Positions 12,581 to 27,107 of a DNA stretch of 64,000 bases are shown one piece after another. The DNA lies in contig NC_043006.1 in the NCBI RefSeq assembly GCF_006345805.1, positions 32,550,001 to 32,614,000 on the forward strand, given 5' to 3'. Made by a program: the position numbers and the translations under genes. This DNA comes from Octopus sinensis (lineage: Eukaryota). How positions within the stretch are numbered: the stretch's first letter is position 1; each line of letters begins with the position of its first letter. A model generated the notes under the pieces. That model saw only the letters and a list, made by a program, of their open reading frames with translations. It made no database searches and was not told the origin of the DNA.

Positions 12581-14202
12581 CGTGTTGGTAGCAGTTTACT
12601 GTGAGCCTTTCATACAGGGCGTTGAGTCTCGTGTAATAGTAATAGTAGTACGTCGTCTATATACGTTCTTCCCCGCTGTTTCGTTTCATCATATATGCAA
12701 TAGAAGGACATAAACTAATGTAGCAAGCTGGTAGAAGCTTTGGTACATGGGTCAAATGCTTAACGGTATTCCTTCCGGCTCTTTACGTTCCACCGATATC
12801 GACTTTGGCTTTTATGTTTTTGAATTTAGCAAAGAGGTTTATGCAATTGGTTAAAGGCCCTCTCCTCTAAATTTACTTGCATTGTGCTAAAATTCGTAAC
12901 CATTATTATTATTATTGGAAACATTACTGTCATAAGTGCCAGATAAAGTTTCTGTTGAATTTAATGATATTCAATAAGTTTTATGTTCAAATAACTATAG
13001 CACCACCACCATAGATATTGAATTCGTTGCTATCATATTAAACTGTCGTATGTCCGAGTTTGACCAAATGCGTCTTTTTTTGTTCAATATTTATTTTTGC
13101 TTGCAACAACTGGTCTTTTTAAAGTCAAACTAACTATCGTATCTCCTGCTGTTTCAGATGCCAAGATATCAAAAATTGTCAAAGTATAGTATTGTCAAAG
13201 TATTGCTATAGAATGGCGGAACTACTTTTTCGTTTTCTGAAAAAGCAACGTTTTGGACATACAACACTTTCGCATAATAGCAACGATTTCAATTCCATTC
13301 GCAATGTCACAGGAGAGAACTTGTGTCTCTGTTCAAAAGGAATCTTACATTGTCATTTTACTAATTTAATTATTATTGTAGATCTTCGCTTTGTAATTGA
13401 ATACAACAATATAGGTCGACAGCTTTTCCTGGTTAACAATGCATAATCATTTAAGTATATACCAGCAGTAAAATGAACTGTGTTCTCGAATGTTATTTGT
13501 TTTGGCCTCGGACTCAACGAAATACCGATTACGTGACTCGAAACACCGATCTGTCTGTTGGTTGTATTGCACATAAGTGGGTCATCCGCACTTTTACCAT
13601 AAGATTTTGTTTTAAGAAAATGAACGTTTAAATTCATTGACACATTACAAGTTCATGGCCACACTGAAATCTTACGACTGGTGAATACAAATCATATATG
13701 ATTAATACAAAAACGTCTTCTATTTGATTTTTAAGTTGTATATGTAACAAGCATGTCTATAGCCTAATCTATCCAACTATCGTTGCAATATCGATCGGAT
13801 GATTCTAACGGAGGATAAACATTAATCTTGAAACAGTAGAGAAAAAGAAAAGGGATTAAGACTGAAGCTGAAAAAACAAGAATGAAGAATATATGCTTGC
13901 AAATTATGATTATATCGTATTTGATAAGTCAATAGTAAAAAAAAGTCGAAAGTAATTTAATCTCAATGCACAGAAAGTTGTAATATAGAAAAATATCTGA
14001 CGGTTTTTGCGTAATGCTGCACAAATTTCCTTTCAGTTGGAGATAAATGCAAGAAAATGGAAAGGATTTAAACAAGAAAGAAATTAACAATCGTTGTCCT
14101 CCTGTTAACTTCTTGTTGTGCATTTAGACATACTGAAAATATTTGAGGTAATCTGAAGAAATCAGTGATATGTTTTGTGTCGGCAAAAACTTTAAGCAAG
14201 TT

Positions 14203-14248
<46 letters not shown>

Positions 14249-14407
14249 TATATACATATATATATACATACATGCACACACACATGCACACACACACACA
14301 CACACATGCGCACATATATAGCATGAGTGAAGATTCGTTTTCAAATTGAGAGAGGGATTTGATTAAAACAATACAAAATAAAATAATTGTTCTCAACTTT
14401 GTCTTCA

Positions 14408-14440
14408 CCACCACCACCACTACTACTACAAATACTACTA

Positions 14441-14484
<44 letters not shown>

Positions 14485-14485
14485 A
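14408..14485. repeat. Compound (CCA)/(CTA)/(CTG)n microsatellite
   Basis: Seen directly. Confidence 0.95.
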
Positions 14486-14542
14486 TCGCTCTGGCTTTCA
14501 CGGCTGCGACAACCACTAGACCCTGTAAGACTAGTTCGCCAT

Positions 14543-14880
14543 CGGCACAATGGCCCAGTGATTTGGGCAACGGACTCGCGGTTTCGATTCCCAGACCGGG
14601 CGTTGTGAGTGTTTATTGAGCGAAAACACTTAAAGCTCCACGAGGCTCCGACTTTCTCTCACAACTTTCTCTCACTCTTTCTTCCTGTTTCTGTTGTACC
14701 TGTATTTCAAAAGGGCCAGCCTTGTCACACTCTGTGTCACGCTGAATCTCTCCGAGAACTACGTTAAGGGAACACGTGTCTGTGGAGTGCTCAACCACTT
14801 GCACGTTAATTTCACGAGCAGGCTGTTCCGTTGATCAGATCAACTGGAACCCCCATCGTCGTAACCCGCAGATTGCCACA
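14543..14880 (+). mobile_element. tRNA-derived SINE, 'ggcgcaatggc' head, tail type 2
   Basis: Head and core as 5209; tail (gtctgtggagtg...ccacttgcacgttaatttcacgagcaggctgtt...gtcgtaacc) shared with 39490-39800. Confidence 0.8.
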
Positions 14881-15947
14881 CACTTCTTCCTCATAACATT
14901 AACACCAGAAACACTGCCACAATATACAGACCACTAGAACTAAAACTAACATCATTATTATTGGCCTTTCTGCATCCTACCTTAATATCTACAATCATCG
15001 CACCCACTGCCACACCTACGAGAAATTACAATACGACCAATATTTTCCGTGAGCACCCAAAAGGAATAGACAAGAAATCTTCCACACCTTCTTCGGAATT
15101 GGCATATTGACTGATCATATTCTGTTAGTGGAATATTAATTAGTAGACCATTACACGACTGATCTAGTTAACTTGAGCTTACCTCATTATCAAATCACAG
15201 ATTAACACCAATTTTTCTTTTGCCTTGTTCTGTAGCTCTCTTAGTTGCTCATTATATCTAACGAACTTCGAGTTCCTATTGTGGGAGCGTCGGTTCTTCC
15301 TCTGACTTTTGGCTCCTTTGTTAGAGGTCATTCGAATCCACGAATAATCTTCGACGTGATTACTCAGAGTACTAGAAATGCAACCAAATTACTCAACATG
15401 AAATTCATTGCTTTTCAATAATGTTCTCAAAGATGCCTGCACTGTTTATCACATGTGATAGACAGGACACAATTCCTTGGCGCTCATTTACCACATATTT
15501 ACATATACCCCAATTTCTCAATTATCAGAAAAACAAGGGACTTATGAAAGGAAAGTTTTGAATTACTCTAAACTTATGAAAGAAGAGCAAAGTAAAAGTC
15601 TGAACACAAGTATGGACGTTGAGGAAAAACTTATAAAAACGGTTGCAACGGCGTCGTAGTAGCTGAAATGCTTCAGACAGACAATCACGTGGGTAGATAA
15701 ACTAGAGAGATAAGTTACAGGTTAATTGATATAAAGAATATCATATATAATTATTAAGCGTATTTATGAGAAAAAAATCTGAACATATTTAGCTTGTGAT
15801 TACTTTTATAAACATTTCCTTTCGCTCCGGAACACACAATTACATCCTCTGCATTTGATCTTAAATATCTGAAACAGAGACATAAAATGGCAAAGTGTAT
15901 ATCTTGCAATATAATGGAGGATAGCTTATAAAAGCGTTCCGTTTCAT

Positions 15948-15977
15948 TATTATTATTATTACTTTTATTATCATTAC

Positions 15978-16052
<75 letters not shown>

Positions 16053-16075
16053 GGTTGTTGTTGTTATTATCATTA
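15948..16075. repeat. (TTA)n microsatellite
   Basis: Seen directly. Confidence 0.95.
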
Positions 16076-16606
16076 CAATAATGATGATTGATGATTACGG
16101 TGATGAATGATTTCTAAAAAATCCATAACGCTGAAAGTACAAGATCGCAAATTGCTGCAGTTCCGTTATGTAGTTAGAAAACCAATATATTTACACTTGT
16201 AGCGTATAAAATTGCGTCAAAATAAACATAAGGAGAGACCAAAATACATTATATATATTTAGGTATATGTATATGTATGTGTGTGTGTGTGTGTGTGTTT
16301 CTGTTTTGTGTGTGACTGTGAGTGTCTGTTTTTTGTACTTTTCGTAAGTACTAACCGAAAAACTGGCCACACTGGTTTTGTTAATACAAACACGCACAAG
16401 CACGCACACACAGACACACACATGCACACACACGCACACACACACACACACAAACACACGCATATATATACATATAAGAATGCATCTATGGATATATGTA
16501 TGTATATATGCGTGTGAGTGTGTATATATATATTCATTATATATATATATACATATATATATAATGTATATATATATGTAAATATATATGTATATATATA
16601 TGTATA

Positions 16607-16648
<42 letters not shown>

Positions 16649-16649
16649 G

Positions 16650-17640
16650 CTGACATTTATAGAAAAAGGAAAGTCAAAGACAGGTGTATGAACAACAAGC
16701 ACGTGTATTAGTTGAAAAAAATATTTTATGTTTCGAGCCTACGCTCTTCAACGGAAAGAAATAAGTGAAAATAAAAGGAGAGAGGATGAAGAAATACTTG
16801 TAGATTTATCGGTCAAGCATGGCGAATGATTAGAAAAAAGTTCAAAAGAATGGGAGAAAATAACGTGTTGGTGATCCCAAATGAAGGTGTGGGTGCGTGT
16901 GTTGTGTATGTGAGAATGGTGTGTGTGAATGTGTATGTGTGAATAGGGGCTGGTGACTCCGATGTGCGTGAATGTGTCTGTGACCAAACAGTGTGCATGT
17001 GTATGGTGTATGTATGCGGGTGAAATTTGTTTTTGTCTAAGTATGTTACGCGTGTTAAAGCGTGTTGCGTATGTATATATAGTCTGTGTCCAGGTATTAT
17101 GTCCTTGTGCGGGTATGGGAGTGTGCATAATGGTGTGTGGTGTGTGTACTGAGTTAAGCAATGTGTGTGGCTCATATAATATGTGTGGTGACGCTATTGA
17201 AGATTGTGTGTGTGGTGTGGGTACTGGTAAGTGGTGACTGCTAGTGTGTATGGAGTGGTGTGTGAAGATAAATTCCTATTCACGGCGAAGGCGGGAGTCC
17301 GGATGGCCCCAGTGCAAAGATAGTCCATTCACAGATAGTCCGTTATAGTGAATGACAGGTAGAGCGGAAATGGCGCGAGACCAGGGTGTCATTGCTGAGT
17401 CTGGTGTCTCGCATGTGCCCAGCGAGCCGGTCAGCCAGGCGGCGTCCCGTTTTACCGATGTACAGGGAACGGCAGAAAGAGCAGGAGATGCAGTAAATGA
17501 CTTTACTAGAAGTGCAGGTAAAGGAGTCGGTGATGTGACAGGAACGATGATGGGTGTCTGTGAGGTTGGTGGTATTGGAGAGTACGACAGCGTGGGTAGG
17601 ATCAAGGGAACGTGCCAGGTGGAGCTAGGGAAGAAATTAT
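16650..17640 (-). mobile_element. Penelope-like element 3' end: GIY-YIG endonuclease remnant, CA-rich spacer, pLTR
   Basis: Minus frame reads HRSCHITDSFTCTSSKVIYCISCSFCRSLYIGKTGRRLADRLAGHMRDTRLSNDTLVSRHFRS (VIY...YIG motif, about 17560-17370); variant hammerhead-like motif downstream at 16724-16758. Confidence 0.8.
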
Positions 17641-17859
17641 AGATACACATATATGTATGTATGTATAGAGACTTGGAAACAGCTTACTAGTGGGAGTGCG
17701 TTTAGTCGAAAACTCTAAATACTTGAGCTAGTGGTTTCGGGTCTCATCAAGAGAGAATATGCACCGTTTCGGGACCTTCCTCTCGACGCTTTTACTGCAT
17801 ACCGGTCCCACCTCTCACTGTTTCGAGTGAATAGTATCCGACCACATGTACATTTTGGA

Positions 17860-18480
17860 ATCATCACCTCTCCATCCAGGGTTCCTCATTCCTTTCCAAC
17901 CATATCCAATGGCTGGCCCACTCTGCTGTCGCCTGGATCTCCTTCAAGATGGCGTTTGCTTGACGATCTTGGGCTTCAATTGATAGCAGCCACCATCTCG
18001 GTCTAGTCCTAATAGAACCCTTTACATCCAACTCGTACAGGAAAGCTCGGCTTTCCTAACGTGTGCTGTGTCTAAATTGCCTTCACGTGGAACAGTTAAT
18101 TAAAAAAGATGTGTTTTCTTACTTTCCATATTGTCCTATCCGGTTTCTTCCTTGTTGGTACTAAAAGAAGATGTTCACACTCAACAAAATCTGCTGATAC
18201 CTCCCGTGCTTCGTCCCAGATCCCGTTGTGTTCTTCCGTTTTTGGGTAACCATCTTGAACTTGACTAAGAAACGTGATAAACCGTTGGTCCGTCAAGGTC
18301 CATAGCTTGAAAAATGCGTTTGATAATTCTGTCTGTCAATAACCATCCAGAAGACCAGAATACTTCAACAATCTGTTCCAAGCTCAATCCTTCCAGATTA
18401 CAACTTCATCACTCCGAACACATCACTGGAACACATAAAACATTTTGGCTTTCATTTTGTATCCCAAAAGCATCCTTTGC
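17860..18480 (-). pseudogene. Decayed RLE-type non-LTR retrotransposon C-terminus (Hero/NeSL-like)
   Basis: Frameshifted peptides PTRKKPD..., ..LTVP.EGNLDTAHVRK, PVRVGCKGF and ILKEIQATAEWASHWIWLERNE match the PD-(D/E)xK endonuclease tail pattern. Confidence 0.65.
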
Positions 18481-20059
18481 ACATATTGGAAATGCGTGTA
18501 ATGGTTAAAGAGTTGTGTCTACACCAACTACACTCGCCAATATCTGAGTGTAATAAACCTCTCACGTGATAATTATAAGGAAGTATTCATGCATACGCGC
18601 ACACACACGCACAATTGCACGCACTCACTCGCACGTACACGCATACACACAAATATGTACATACATATATATACATCCAGCAAGAATTATTAGCTCAATC
18701 TCTTTCAAATCACACATCTCACCGTAAAGAAATAAAATATCCTATTACGCAACGTAATCCTAAACTCTAAGACAGGATGATTACGGATGGAACAAAACTG
18801 ATTATAAATCTGCTTGATCAAGGTAAGCCTAAACCTTAAACAAAGCAACATTTAATCCTGCAAGATGCAATATCGCTTGTTTCATACAAGACTTGACACA
18901 TATATTCGACAGCTTCCCCCAAAACTCATATCAAACTGTATTCGGCCTTTTAATGTTGACTCCCAGCTTGGTCATATTTCGGATTTTTAAAACTATTTTA
19001 TTCCATCTAAAATATGATTTTGTAAACGGAACTATTTGTAAATGAATATCAAGCATAAAAATACGAGCTAACGGGGGCGCTACTACTCTCAAATTATGTT
19101 CATCCATTTCAAAAACGAATATTGCAATCCTGAGTATCAGTCACCCAGTTAAACAGAAGACGGTCATAGTTAGATTGTGTTTGATCAACTGTTCATTCCA
19201 TCTCGACTAATCTGGGGTTAATCAATGAAGCTCGCTACGACTACCTGCATAACTTTTATGTCGGTTCTCACCTTGCTGAAAATGGCTGCTAAACTCCTGT
19301 AAAATTTGACTTTATAAAAAGTTAAAGACTATATCAGACAATGTTGGCTTAAATACACTATATTTGAAAGCTAAACAAATAGGATGGCCAAAGCTGGAAC
19401 GCTTTTAAAGATAGGTCTGCTCCACCGAGGTTGACTTCGGGCAAACAACTTCATACTTTGGTAATACGTCAGCCAAACATCAGCGAAATTATTCGTGGAT
19501 CTTTTGAATCGAATCTCTGCACAAATGTAAGGTTTTGTACTTTGGGCTGAGATAGGGGACAAACAACAATAATATTACCCCCTCCACTACCGCCACTAAC
19601 AACAACAACAACAACAAATATAGCAAGAACAATGACGATCACATCGATGGCGACAACAGCTGGCCTGATATAGACATATGTGAATAAACAATAAATGGCC
19701 CCCACAAGCTATCTGGGTGCCTTTTAGTTCTCCAGTCTGGAGGTAACTCCCTTCTCTTCTCCCATCAGGATAGGTATGAGACGTTTTGGCGTAGTGGTTT
19801 TGGCACAACCATTTTGGCGCAACTGCTTGCTGTTGCTTATCCGACACTAACTTATATGACATCAGACATTTTGATGTTTCACTCGTTCTCTCTTTCTCAC
19901 TCTCTCTGCGTTTTTATGCGTGTGAGAATATTTCTATTCATGTGTCGGAGGAGAGGGGACATGTTTACGCCGATTGTGTTAAGTTAATAAGTTGGAATGT
20001 TTGTCTCTCTCTCTTACTCTTTCTATCTGTATGTATATATTTTTTCCGTGCGTATCAAA

Positions 20060-20455
20060 CTTAAATAACATCACCTGATAGGAACTGTTAAGTCCTTTTC
20101 AAGTCAAATTTTGTAGCGTCATGGCCCATTCAATTAGGAAGTTGTTGATAAGTTGTTATTGTCTGAAATGTATTCAGGTATGGGTGGCTTATCTTGTATC
20201 CTTTAAAAGAATTTTTTGTCCAGGTTTCATTTGAAGATGACGGGAACTTTTTCTTCTTTGGTTTGTTTTGGAATAATGTTAAATAAAGCAGGACCTGTTG
20301 AGGAAAATAAATTTTGTTGCAACGATTTCTTGTGTTGTTAACCTGAACTCATAAAGGGAATTATGACTCGTGTCTCCAGCCTTGGAATAATTACGAAACT
20401 GATGTTAAGGTCATTTGGACAATGCTGGTGGTATATTGTGTATGTGTGAATCTTC
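20060..20455 (-). pseudogene. CR1/Jockey-group LINE ORF2 C-terminal fragment
   Basis: IYHQHCPNDLNISF...LQQNLFSSTGPALFNIIPKQTKEEKVPVIFK*NLDK...QDKPPIPEYIS parallels the C-terminus of the 28285 ORF (GPQFFNILPK...FKTKLD...PDEP). Confidence 0.7.
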
Positions 20456-20719
20456 TGTCGTCAAACAGGCTGAATGGCCAATGAACGGTGCCAATTCGTC
20501 AACGTCAAACTGCTGCACACAGTCAGGAAGATTTGAAAATTGCCAGTCTTCCTATTGTAACTAAAGAGATAAATAACATATATAGAAGTGTAAGTCAATT
20601 TCCCCGCTGATAATATGAGAATCTTATTGAAAACTGAAGGAGGAAAAGAAAAACTGAAAGAAAAAAATGGCGTTTCTGGCAGCTGATATATTCTATATAT
20701 CCTGATTGTAAAATTCACA

Positions 20720-21600
20720 TCGGTTCCTACAATCAGTGACGAAAGTTGCTTTCATGTAAGAAACTCTTTGATTAAATGTAAGCAATCAAGACCATTCTGC
20801 CAGGACTACTTGCACAGCACCCAGAACAACACATTCTGATAGCCAAGGTCAAGGCCTAGGAGAACTACTTCACGATGGTAAAGAAGCTTCTGAACAAGAT
20901 GAGGCATTCGATTGAGCCGGTGAGGATTTGAGTTTTCTCAGATGAAAAGACCCCTGCCAGGACGACTTGCACAGCACCCAGAGCAACAAGTGGCTTGCCT
21001 GCAGGCCATGTGATGTCCCATGTATCATGAAAACCAATTTCCCGTCAAATTTTGATGGTCTTCGGGTGTGTCTCCAGTGAAGAGAGCCTTAGACTCAATT
21101 CATACGGCTATGTGAAGCTGCTGGAGAATGTGGTCAATCCCTAGCTGGAGAAGGTTGCTTCTGGGAGGCCATATGTGTGGCAACAGGATTCAGCTCCTTG
21201 GCATAACTCTGAAAAGTTGTCGGAGAATTTCTACGACGTCAACAGCCCCAATGCCTGGTTTCCTAATTTCTTCGAGTGTAATTCCTTGGATTACTATATG
21301 TAGGAAGCGGTTGAGAAAGACATCAACCGCTCTACCGGAAGCACCAAGGCCGAATAGGTATCACTATTAAAGTGGGTGTTCGAAAATCTTCCCAGAGACA
21401 AGGTGAGAAATGCATGCGTCAGGTTCCAGAGCTATCTTGAGGCCTTAATGGCAGCTGAGTGCAACTACTTTGAATAAACTATTATTCCCAAGATAAAGCC
21501 GAGATGATGTTTGTTGGTTTTCAAAGAATACTTTTATTTTTGGATGCGGTGTTTTTTTTCTTTTAATGCAAACTATCAAAATTAGCCCGAACTCCATGTA
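20720..21600 (+). pseudogene. Decayed Tc1/mariner-superfamily transposase (DD37D/maT-like) catalytic region
   Basis: FSDEK...MVFGCVSSE...YVWQQDSAPWH...W.PN...CNSLDYY...VRNACVRFQSYLEALMAAECNYFE* (stop at 21475-21477); multiple stops and deletions. Confidence 0.75.
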
Positions 21601-21661
21601 TACGATGTAATATGATGCATACATGCATACATGCATACATACATACATTCATACATACATT

Positions 21662-21693
<32 letters not shown>

Positions 21694-22779
21694 AATATAA
21701 TATGAAATGATATACACGTATACATTCACACGCAAACCCATACATATATTATGAATAAATTTTTATTAAATTCTTTCCAGTAGAACATGTGTTAATCACT
21801 TACAATATATTAAGACTTTGTTTTTCTATTTCTGTGGATGTTGTTACAGGCATTTATATTGATTCCGCTCACTCAGTGAGCTGATATTTGTAAGTAGCTG
21901 ACATTTGGGTTAAATTTCGTAGAAAAGAAGACATGGAAATATTAGCATCGCATTATAACTTTAATACATCTCTCGACTGTTAATACGTTGTGAATTAAAC
22001 CCAACAATACAAGTAAATGTACATCGAATACGAGACAAGTAAACTAGCTTGTATCAGTCAGATACAATTTAGACGGGTATTTTTAACCTTTTGTTCCGTT
22101 TTCTTCGTTTTACGGTTGATTTCCTCTTTACATGTGTATGAGTTTGAAGTATTGGACTCGATAACAGTATATATTACTGACAGAAAAATAACACAAATGG
22201 CAACATGTTTTAATTTTGTTGAGATTCAAACGATCTGAGTTGGTTATACAGAGAAATATCATGTGTACAAGTTCATTTCTATAATCGTTCCACCTGTGGG
22301 TTATAGATCTATCCGTTGTGAAGTAATGGGACAATGATTCCAAATTATAGAAAACACAGACGAACAGCAAAAATAAATTAACTGCAGTTCGTGTATTCAT
22401 AGGAAAATGAGGTGAATATTAAATAAAAATAAGCCGTAGTTCATATATTGATCACGAAGGAATGTCAGTGTTATTTAAAATCTGTCAGACACACAATTTA
22501 TTTTGAAATAACAGCATTCATGACAGCAAGGCGTTATTATTTATTTGTTTTTGCTTGCGATGGAATATAGCAATGCTTGTGTTCACATTTCCCGTGTTTG
22601 TGAAATATGTTGAAGTTGGCTAAATATTGGTAACGAGAATGGAAGATAAATGAATTGTATAATTTAAAATAAACAATAGTAAAGAGACCGATACTTGTTC
22701 TCTGTGGTTGTCCTAAATGGAGGTTTGTGAACGACTTTGAATGTTAAATGTCTTGCATCAGAGGTAATATAATTTTTAT

Positions 22780-23900
22780 TATTTAATTTATTGAGACTGG
22801 AGGATGGAGAGGTACCTATAACCTTGCAAATCACCTAAACCCAGGAACTTGATGCTAATGGCAACACTTGCAAGAAAAGGCGTAATATCAAGGTGGAAAT
22901 TCAACGTTTGGATAACAAAGAACTGGGTGTAGTGGCTCGAACTGGTTCGTGAGGCTAGTGGTAGACACAAGAAATATGAAGAGAGGTGGAGAGACGAGTG
23001 TGTCAGGAGTACTCGAGTTGCGGAGTGCAAGAGTAACCAGATCCGTAGAGGAGAAGCCATCACAGTAGCGATAGATAATACATAGAAAAGAAACAATACT
23101 CTTGTGAGTCAGGCTATGGAGTGTGTCTGTTAGTGATTAAAGGTGAATTAATAGAAGGTAGAGGCTTCTCTCGATGCTGCCCATAATATCTGTGAGCGTA
23201 GAAACTGCAACATCCCTGATGTCGGCGCAGTACTTCAGTGTAGGCCTTACTTGAGACATGTAGTATCAGGAACTGTTGGAGGCTGAAAGACTTTGTAGAC
23301 CAGTGGAGAAGGACTAAGCTTTAAGAGTAAATTCTCGCTATGGCCTCTACGTGCTTTTTCTAAGAAACAGGCTCGCTGATAGCCACGCTCTGTTTTCGGA
23401 CCGATTGTAATGGTACTGAGTGTCGCATATATTTTGGGAGTGTGTAGCACCGTGGTGCTTCCTAGATGTGTGTAGCGTGAGAATATTTTTTATTAATGTT
23501 AAAGAAACGATGTCGTCTTGGTCCAACAGTTCTTCGTTTATAGAATAAATGCAGGTTTGGTGTATGATGTGACAGTTGTGTGTGGGTGATGCATGTTCAG
23601 GGAAAGTAAAGAGGCGTGCGCTTCTGCATAAAAGTGAATGTTTGTAGGATGTGAGGGCGAGTCATTGATTTATAGATGGATGCGAGTAGGAACAAAACCG
23701 AACATTTGGAGACGGCACAGCTAATTGAGAGTGAGACAGAAAGCGTTACGTCAACGAATGTAGCAAAGATGCAATTTGCGATGAAGCTTCTGATCCAAGG
23801 AATGGGAGATAAGTAGAAACAAAAGGTTGGAAGTTTTGATAGGATATCTGCATTGTCAGTGATACCCAGCTGAAGAGAATTTTAATTCACTTATGATGTT
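22780..23900 (-). pseudogene. Heavily decayed Penelope-like element (RT thumb to GIY-YIG region)
   Basis: Fragmentary peptides FVDVTLS, YTKP, PRCYT, IGPK, SVAISEPVS, SPLVY, ADIRD and TDLVTLALRNSSTPD occur in the expected order. Confidence 0.5.
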
Positions 23901-24856
23901 GAAATTTCCGATAAATGAATGCAAAAATTTGTAGTGAGTATTTGTTTGAAATGACTCCGATTATCTCAGGTTACCAGGAACCGTCTGGGTCTGTTTAGAA
24001 TCGACAATAATTATTTAAGATTACAGTGAAACATTTACAATCAGAATCGGACACACTGATATGTAAATGTGTGTGCGCGCGCGACGTGCGTGTGTGTGTG
24101 TGTGTGTGTCTGTATGTGAGTGATATTCTAAATTTCTTGAATCAACTCGTAAGATTTTGAACGTGCACTCGCTAACCAACGAGGAAGGCTGTCCAATATT
24201 TTTCACACAACAATCTATCTTTAAAAAGGGCACATTCCATAATATAGTCAGTGGAATACTCTATTTCGCAAAAAAAGAAAACAGGGAAAAGATGGCCACG
24301 GTATTGGAAACCCTTTCATCATAGGCCAACCGTTCAGATTCGACTTTTAGTTAAATAACAACCAACAAGAACAACGTACATACGAGTCAGTGAGGGAACC
24401 GCTAAATGGTCGATTCGATCAACAGCGCAGAAATAGCAGCCGAATCACCTATAAATAAGATGCTAGTGCTTTAAAAAATAAAAAAAAATAACCCCCTCAA
24501 AAAACAAACAAACAAACAAAAACACATCAGATAATGTGACATTGTATTCAAAATAAACTTTGTACATTTTCCTGCTAGATATTTTGGGATTTCACATTGA
24601 CGTGTGTGGGAAAATATCGCAACAATATCATTATAGAGAGGAAACTAGAAAATAGATAGGATCCTTACAATATAGCAAAAATAGATGTTCATGATTCATG
24701 TATTGATACGGATATAATAGAGCTAAATATTAGATGATACAGAAAGATAAAAATCCATCGTTGGCTAATTAACCCCACAGACCTCAGGTAGATGCTTTCT
24801 GTTTCTGTCTCTTCTCAGACATCCATAAAACGTTTAAGTGACTGAGAAACACAGGT

Positions 24857-24889
<33 letters not shown>

Positions 24890-25084
24890 AAGAGAGAGTA
24901 CTCAATACATGTAGAATTTGGTCATTTGCTTGAAGCTGAGAATATAATTACTTTCTATTCCGAAATCCTTGATTGTCCTTTCGTTCAGGTACCTGGACTC
25001 ACGAGTAAACTCAAAAACTCGGAAACACGCATGAAATCATTAATTTAAAAATTATATACAGCTATGTATAGGGACGCAAGCATA

Positions 25085-25352
25085 CCAACACTGGCCAACC
25101 AAAGCTTTGTGCGTGGATTTGGTAGACGGAAACTGAAAGAAGCCCATCGTATATACACAAATATCTATGTGCGTGTGTCTTTGTGCTTCTGTTTGTCACC
25201 TACCACGGTTTCACAACCAGTGTTGGTATGCTTACGTCCCTTTGACACGGTACCAGACTAGAAAGGAAAATGTGTACCGGGGTTGATTCATTCCACTAAA
25301 ATTTCTTGAAGGCGTTGCCCCAGCATGGCCACGATGTAATGAGTGAAACAAA
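25085..25352 (+). mobile_element. 5'-truncated SINE with CCAGCATGGC tail
   Basis: gtggatttggtagacggaaactgaaagaagccc core (also at 50905 and 57015) and tail gccccagcatggccac...gaaac. Confidence 0.7.
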
Positions 25353-25939
25353 GTATCCATCGTTGGCTGATGAATGTATTTTGTTACTGATTTTCTTAAT
25401 CACCTTAAGATCCTCATAGGGTCAATCTCGTAAGCGATTTTATGGCCGTATCAGGTTTCTAACTGTTCCTCTCGAATTCTTTGTACTCAAAAGTTATCGT
25501 CTCCAACCCAATAGAATACCATCTAAACCATCATACTTAATTTCGCCTCAGTCTATAATAGTGGGGACTTGTTGAATACAGCTGCCTAGCCTCGTAACCA
25601 GATGCACAAACTGGATGCAAATGTAAACCACATTGAGAGATATCCATGCAGCAGAAACATGTGTCGGACAGATTTGAATTAAATATGTTGTATAATTGAT
25701 TGTAATAAAGAAACCTTGTAGATGTATTATTCTCCTTCTATGTTTGAATTGTCTTGGATATAGACTAAGTAAACTGTTTATAGTCCAACAAAGCGGATCC
25801 AGGATTCACCTTTCGGGTGAATTACATTGGGGTGGTTTACCGCGAATAATACTAGTTTGTTCCTTACCATTCGATGCGGTTAGACATAATTTGGATTTTA
25901 CTAGGGTGCTTGAATGGTATCTGCCTTGATATATAATGC

Positions 25940-25940
<1 letters not shown>

Positions 25941-26037
<97 letters not shown>

Positions 26038-26101
26038 GTCTCTCTGTCTATCTATCTGTCTCTCTGTCTATCTATCTATCTCTTTGTCTATCTATCTATC
26101 T

Positions 26102-26156
<55 letters not shown>
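25941..26156. repeat. (TCTA)n microsatellite
   Basis: Seen directly. Confidence 0.95.
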
Positions 26157-26157
<1 letters not shown>

Positions 26158-26249
26158 AATATATAGACGCACACACATACACACACAAATGCTCCGCGCG
26201 TATTTGAGTTTGCATTTACATGTATGAATGTATGTATAGCTTTCTCCAC

Positions 26250-26287
<38 letters not shown>

Positions 26288-27000
26288 GCATGTATACACA
26301 CACACACATACACACATGATGGAAGCATGTATTTTCTTTCAATCAGTTGACAGTTCCATCAATATTCCATCTAAAAATGGCACCATTTATAAATAAATGA
26401 GTTTTTTTTTTATCATTTTCATAAATATTAGATAAGGTGTGTCAGCGAATTGAAATATCGGATACAAGATTGGCTCGAAAAAATGATTTCTATATAGTAA
26501 AGATAATCTATGGATATCTACCTGTCCACTCAATCTCCGATCGTGCTTCTTTATATTTCGAACAAGAAGACACTTTAAGCACAGTTATCCCTGGTGGACA
26601 ATGACCGAACAACAAAACAAAACGGAAAGGTTGTTTCATGTATAGAAACACTGCTGGTTGTACACATCATTGCCAAGTTTTTTTTTTTTTTCGTCAATGT
26701 CACATAACTAATAAACAAAAGCACGTGAATATCACTCAGCAATTGCGGTACATGCAGCTTTGCGGGTGAGTAGAGGAAAAAAACCCCTTCTATTTATAGT
26801 CTGTGCGAGATTCTGTAATAAGCAGAAGGTAATGAAGCATTGAAGCAATTGTAATGAAATGTAATAAAGCCTGTCCAATCCATCATCTGGTGTTGATATC
26901 TTCGTATACACTTTACGGATAAATACGACTTTCCACAGGTATATGCAATGAAAGATGTCTCAGTGAATGATTAGCATTTAGTAGCTGATGCCTGCAGTAG

Positions 27001-27039
27001 AGCTCTTTGTAGAGCACACTAAATTTTTTTTTTTACCCA

Positions 27040-27107
<68 letters not shown>

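Noticed and set aside
13150-13700. Possible exon or hAT transposase fragment after a good acceptor (gtttcAG at about 13158)
   Set aside because: No convincing donor or recognisable peptide in any frame.
17352-17642. 96-aa plus-strand ORF that looks protein-like (MTGRAEMARDQG...)
   Set aside because: It is the antisense frame of the Penelope GIY-YIG remnant.
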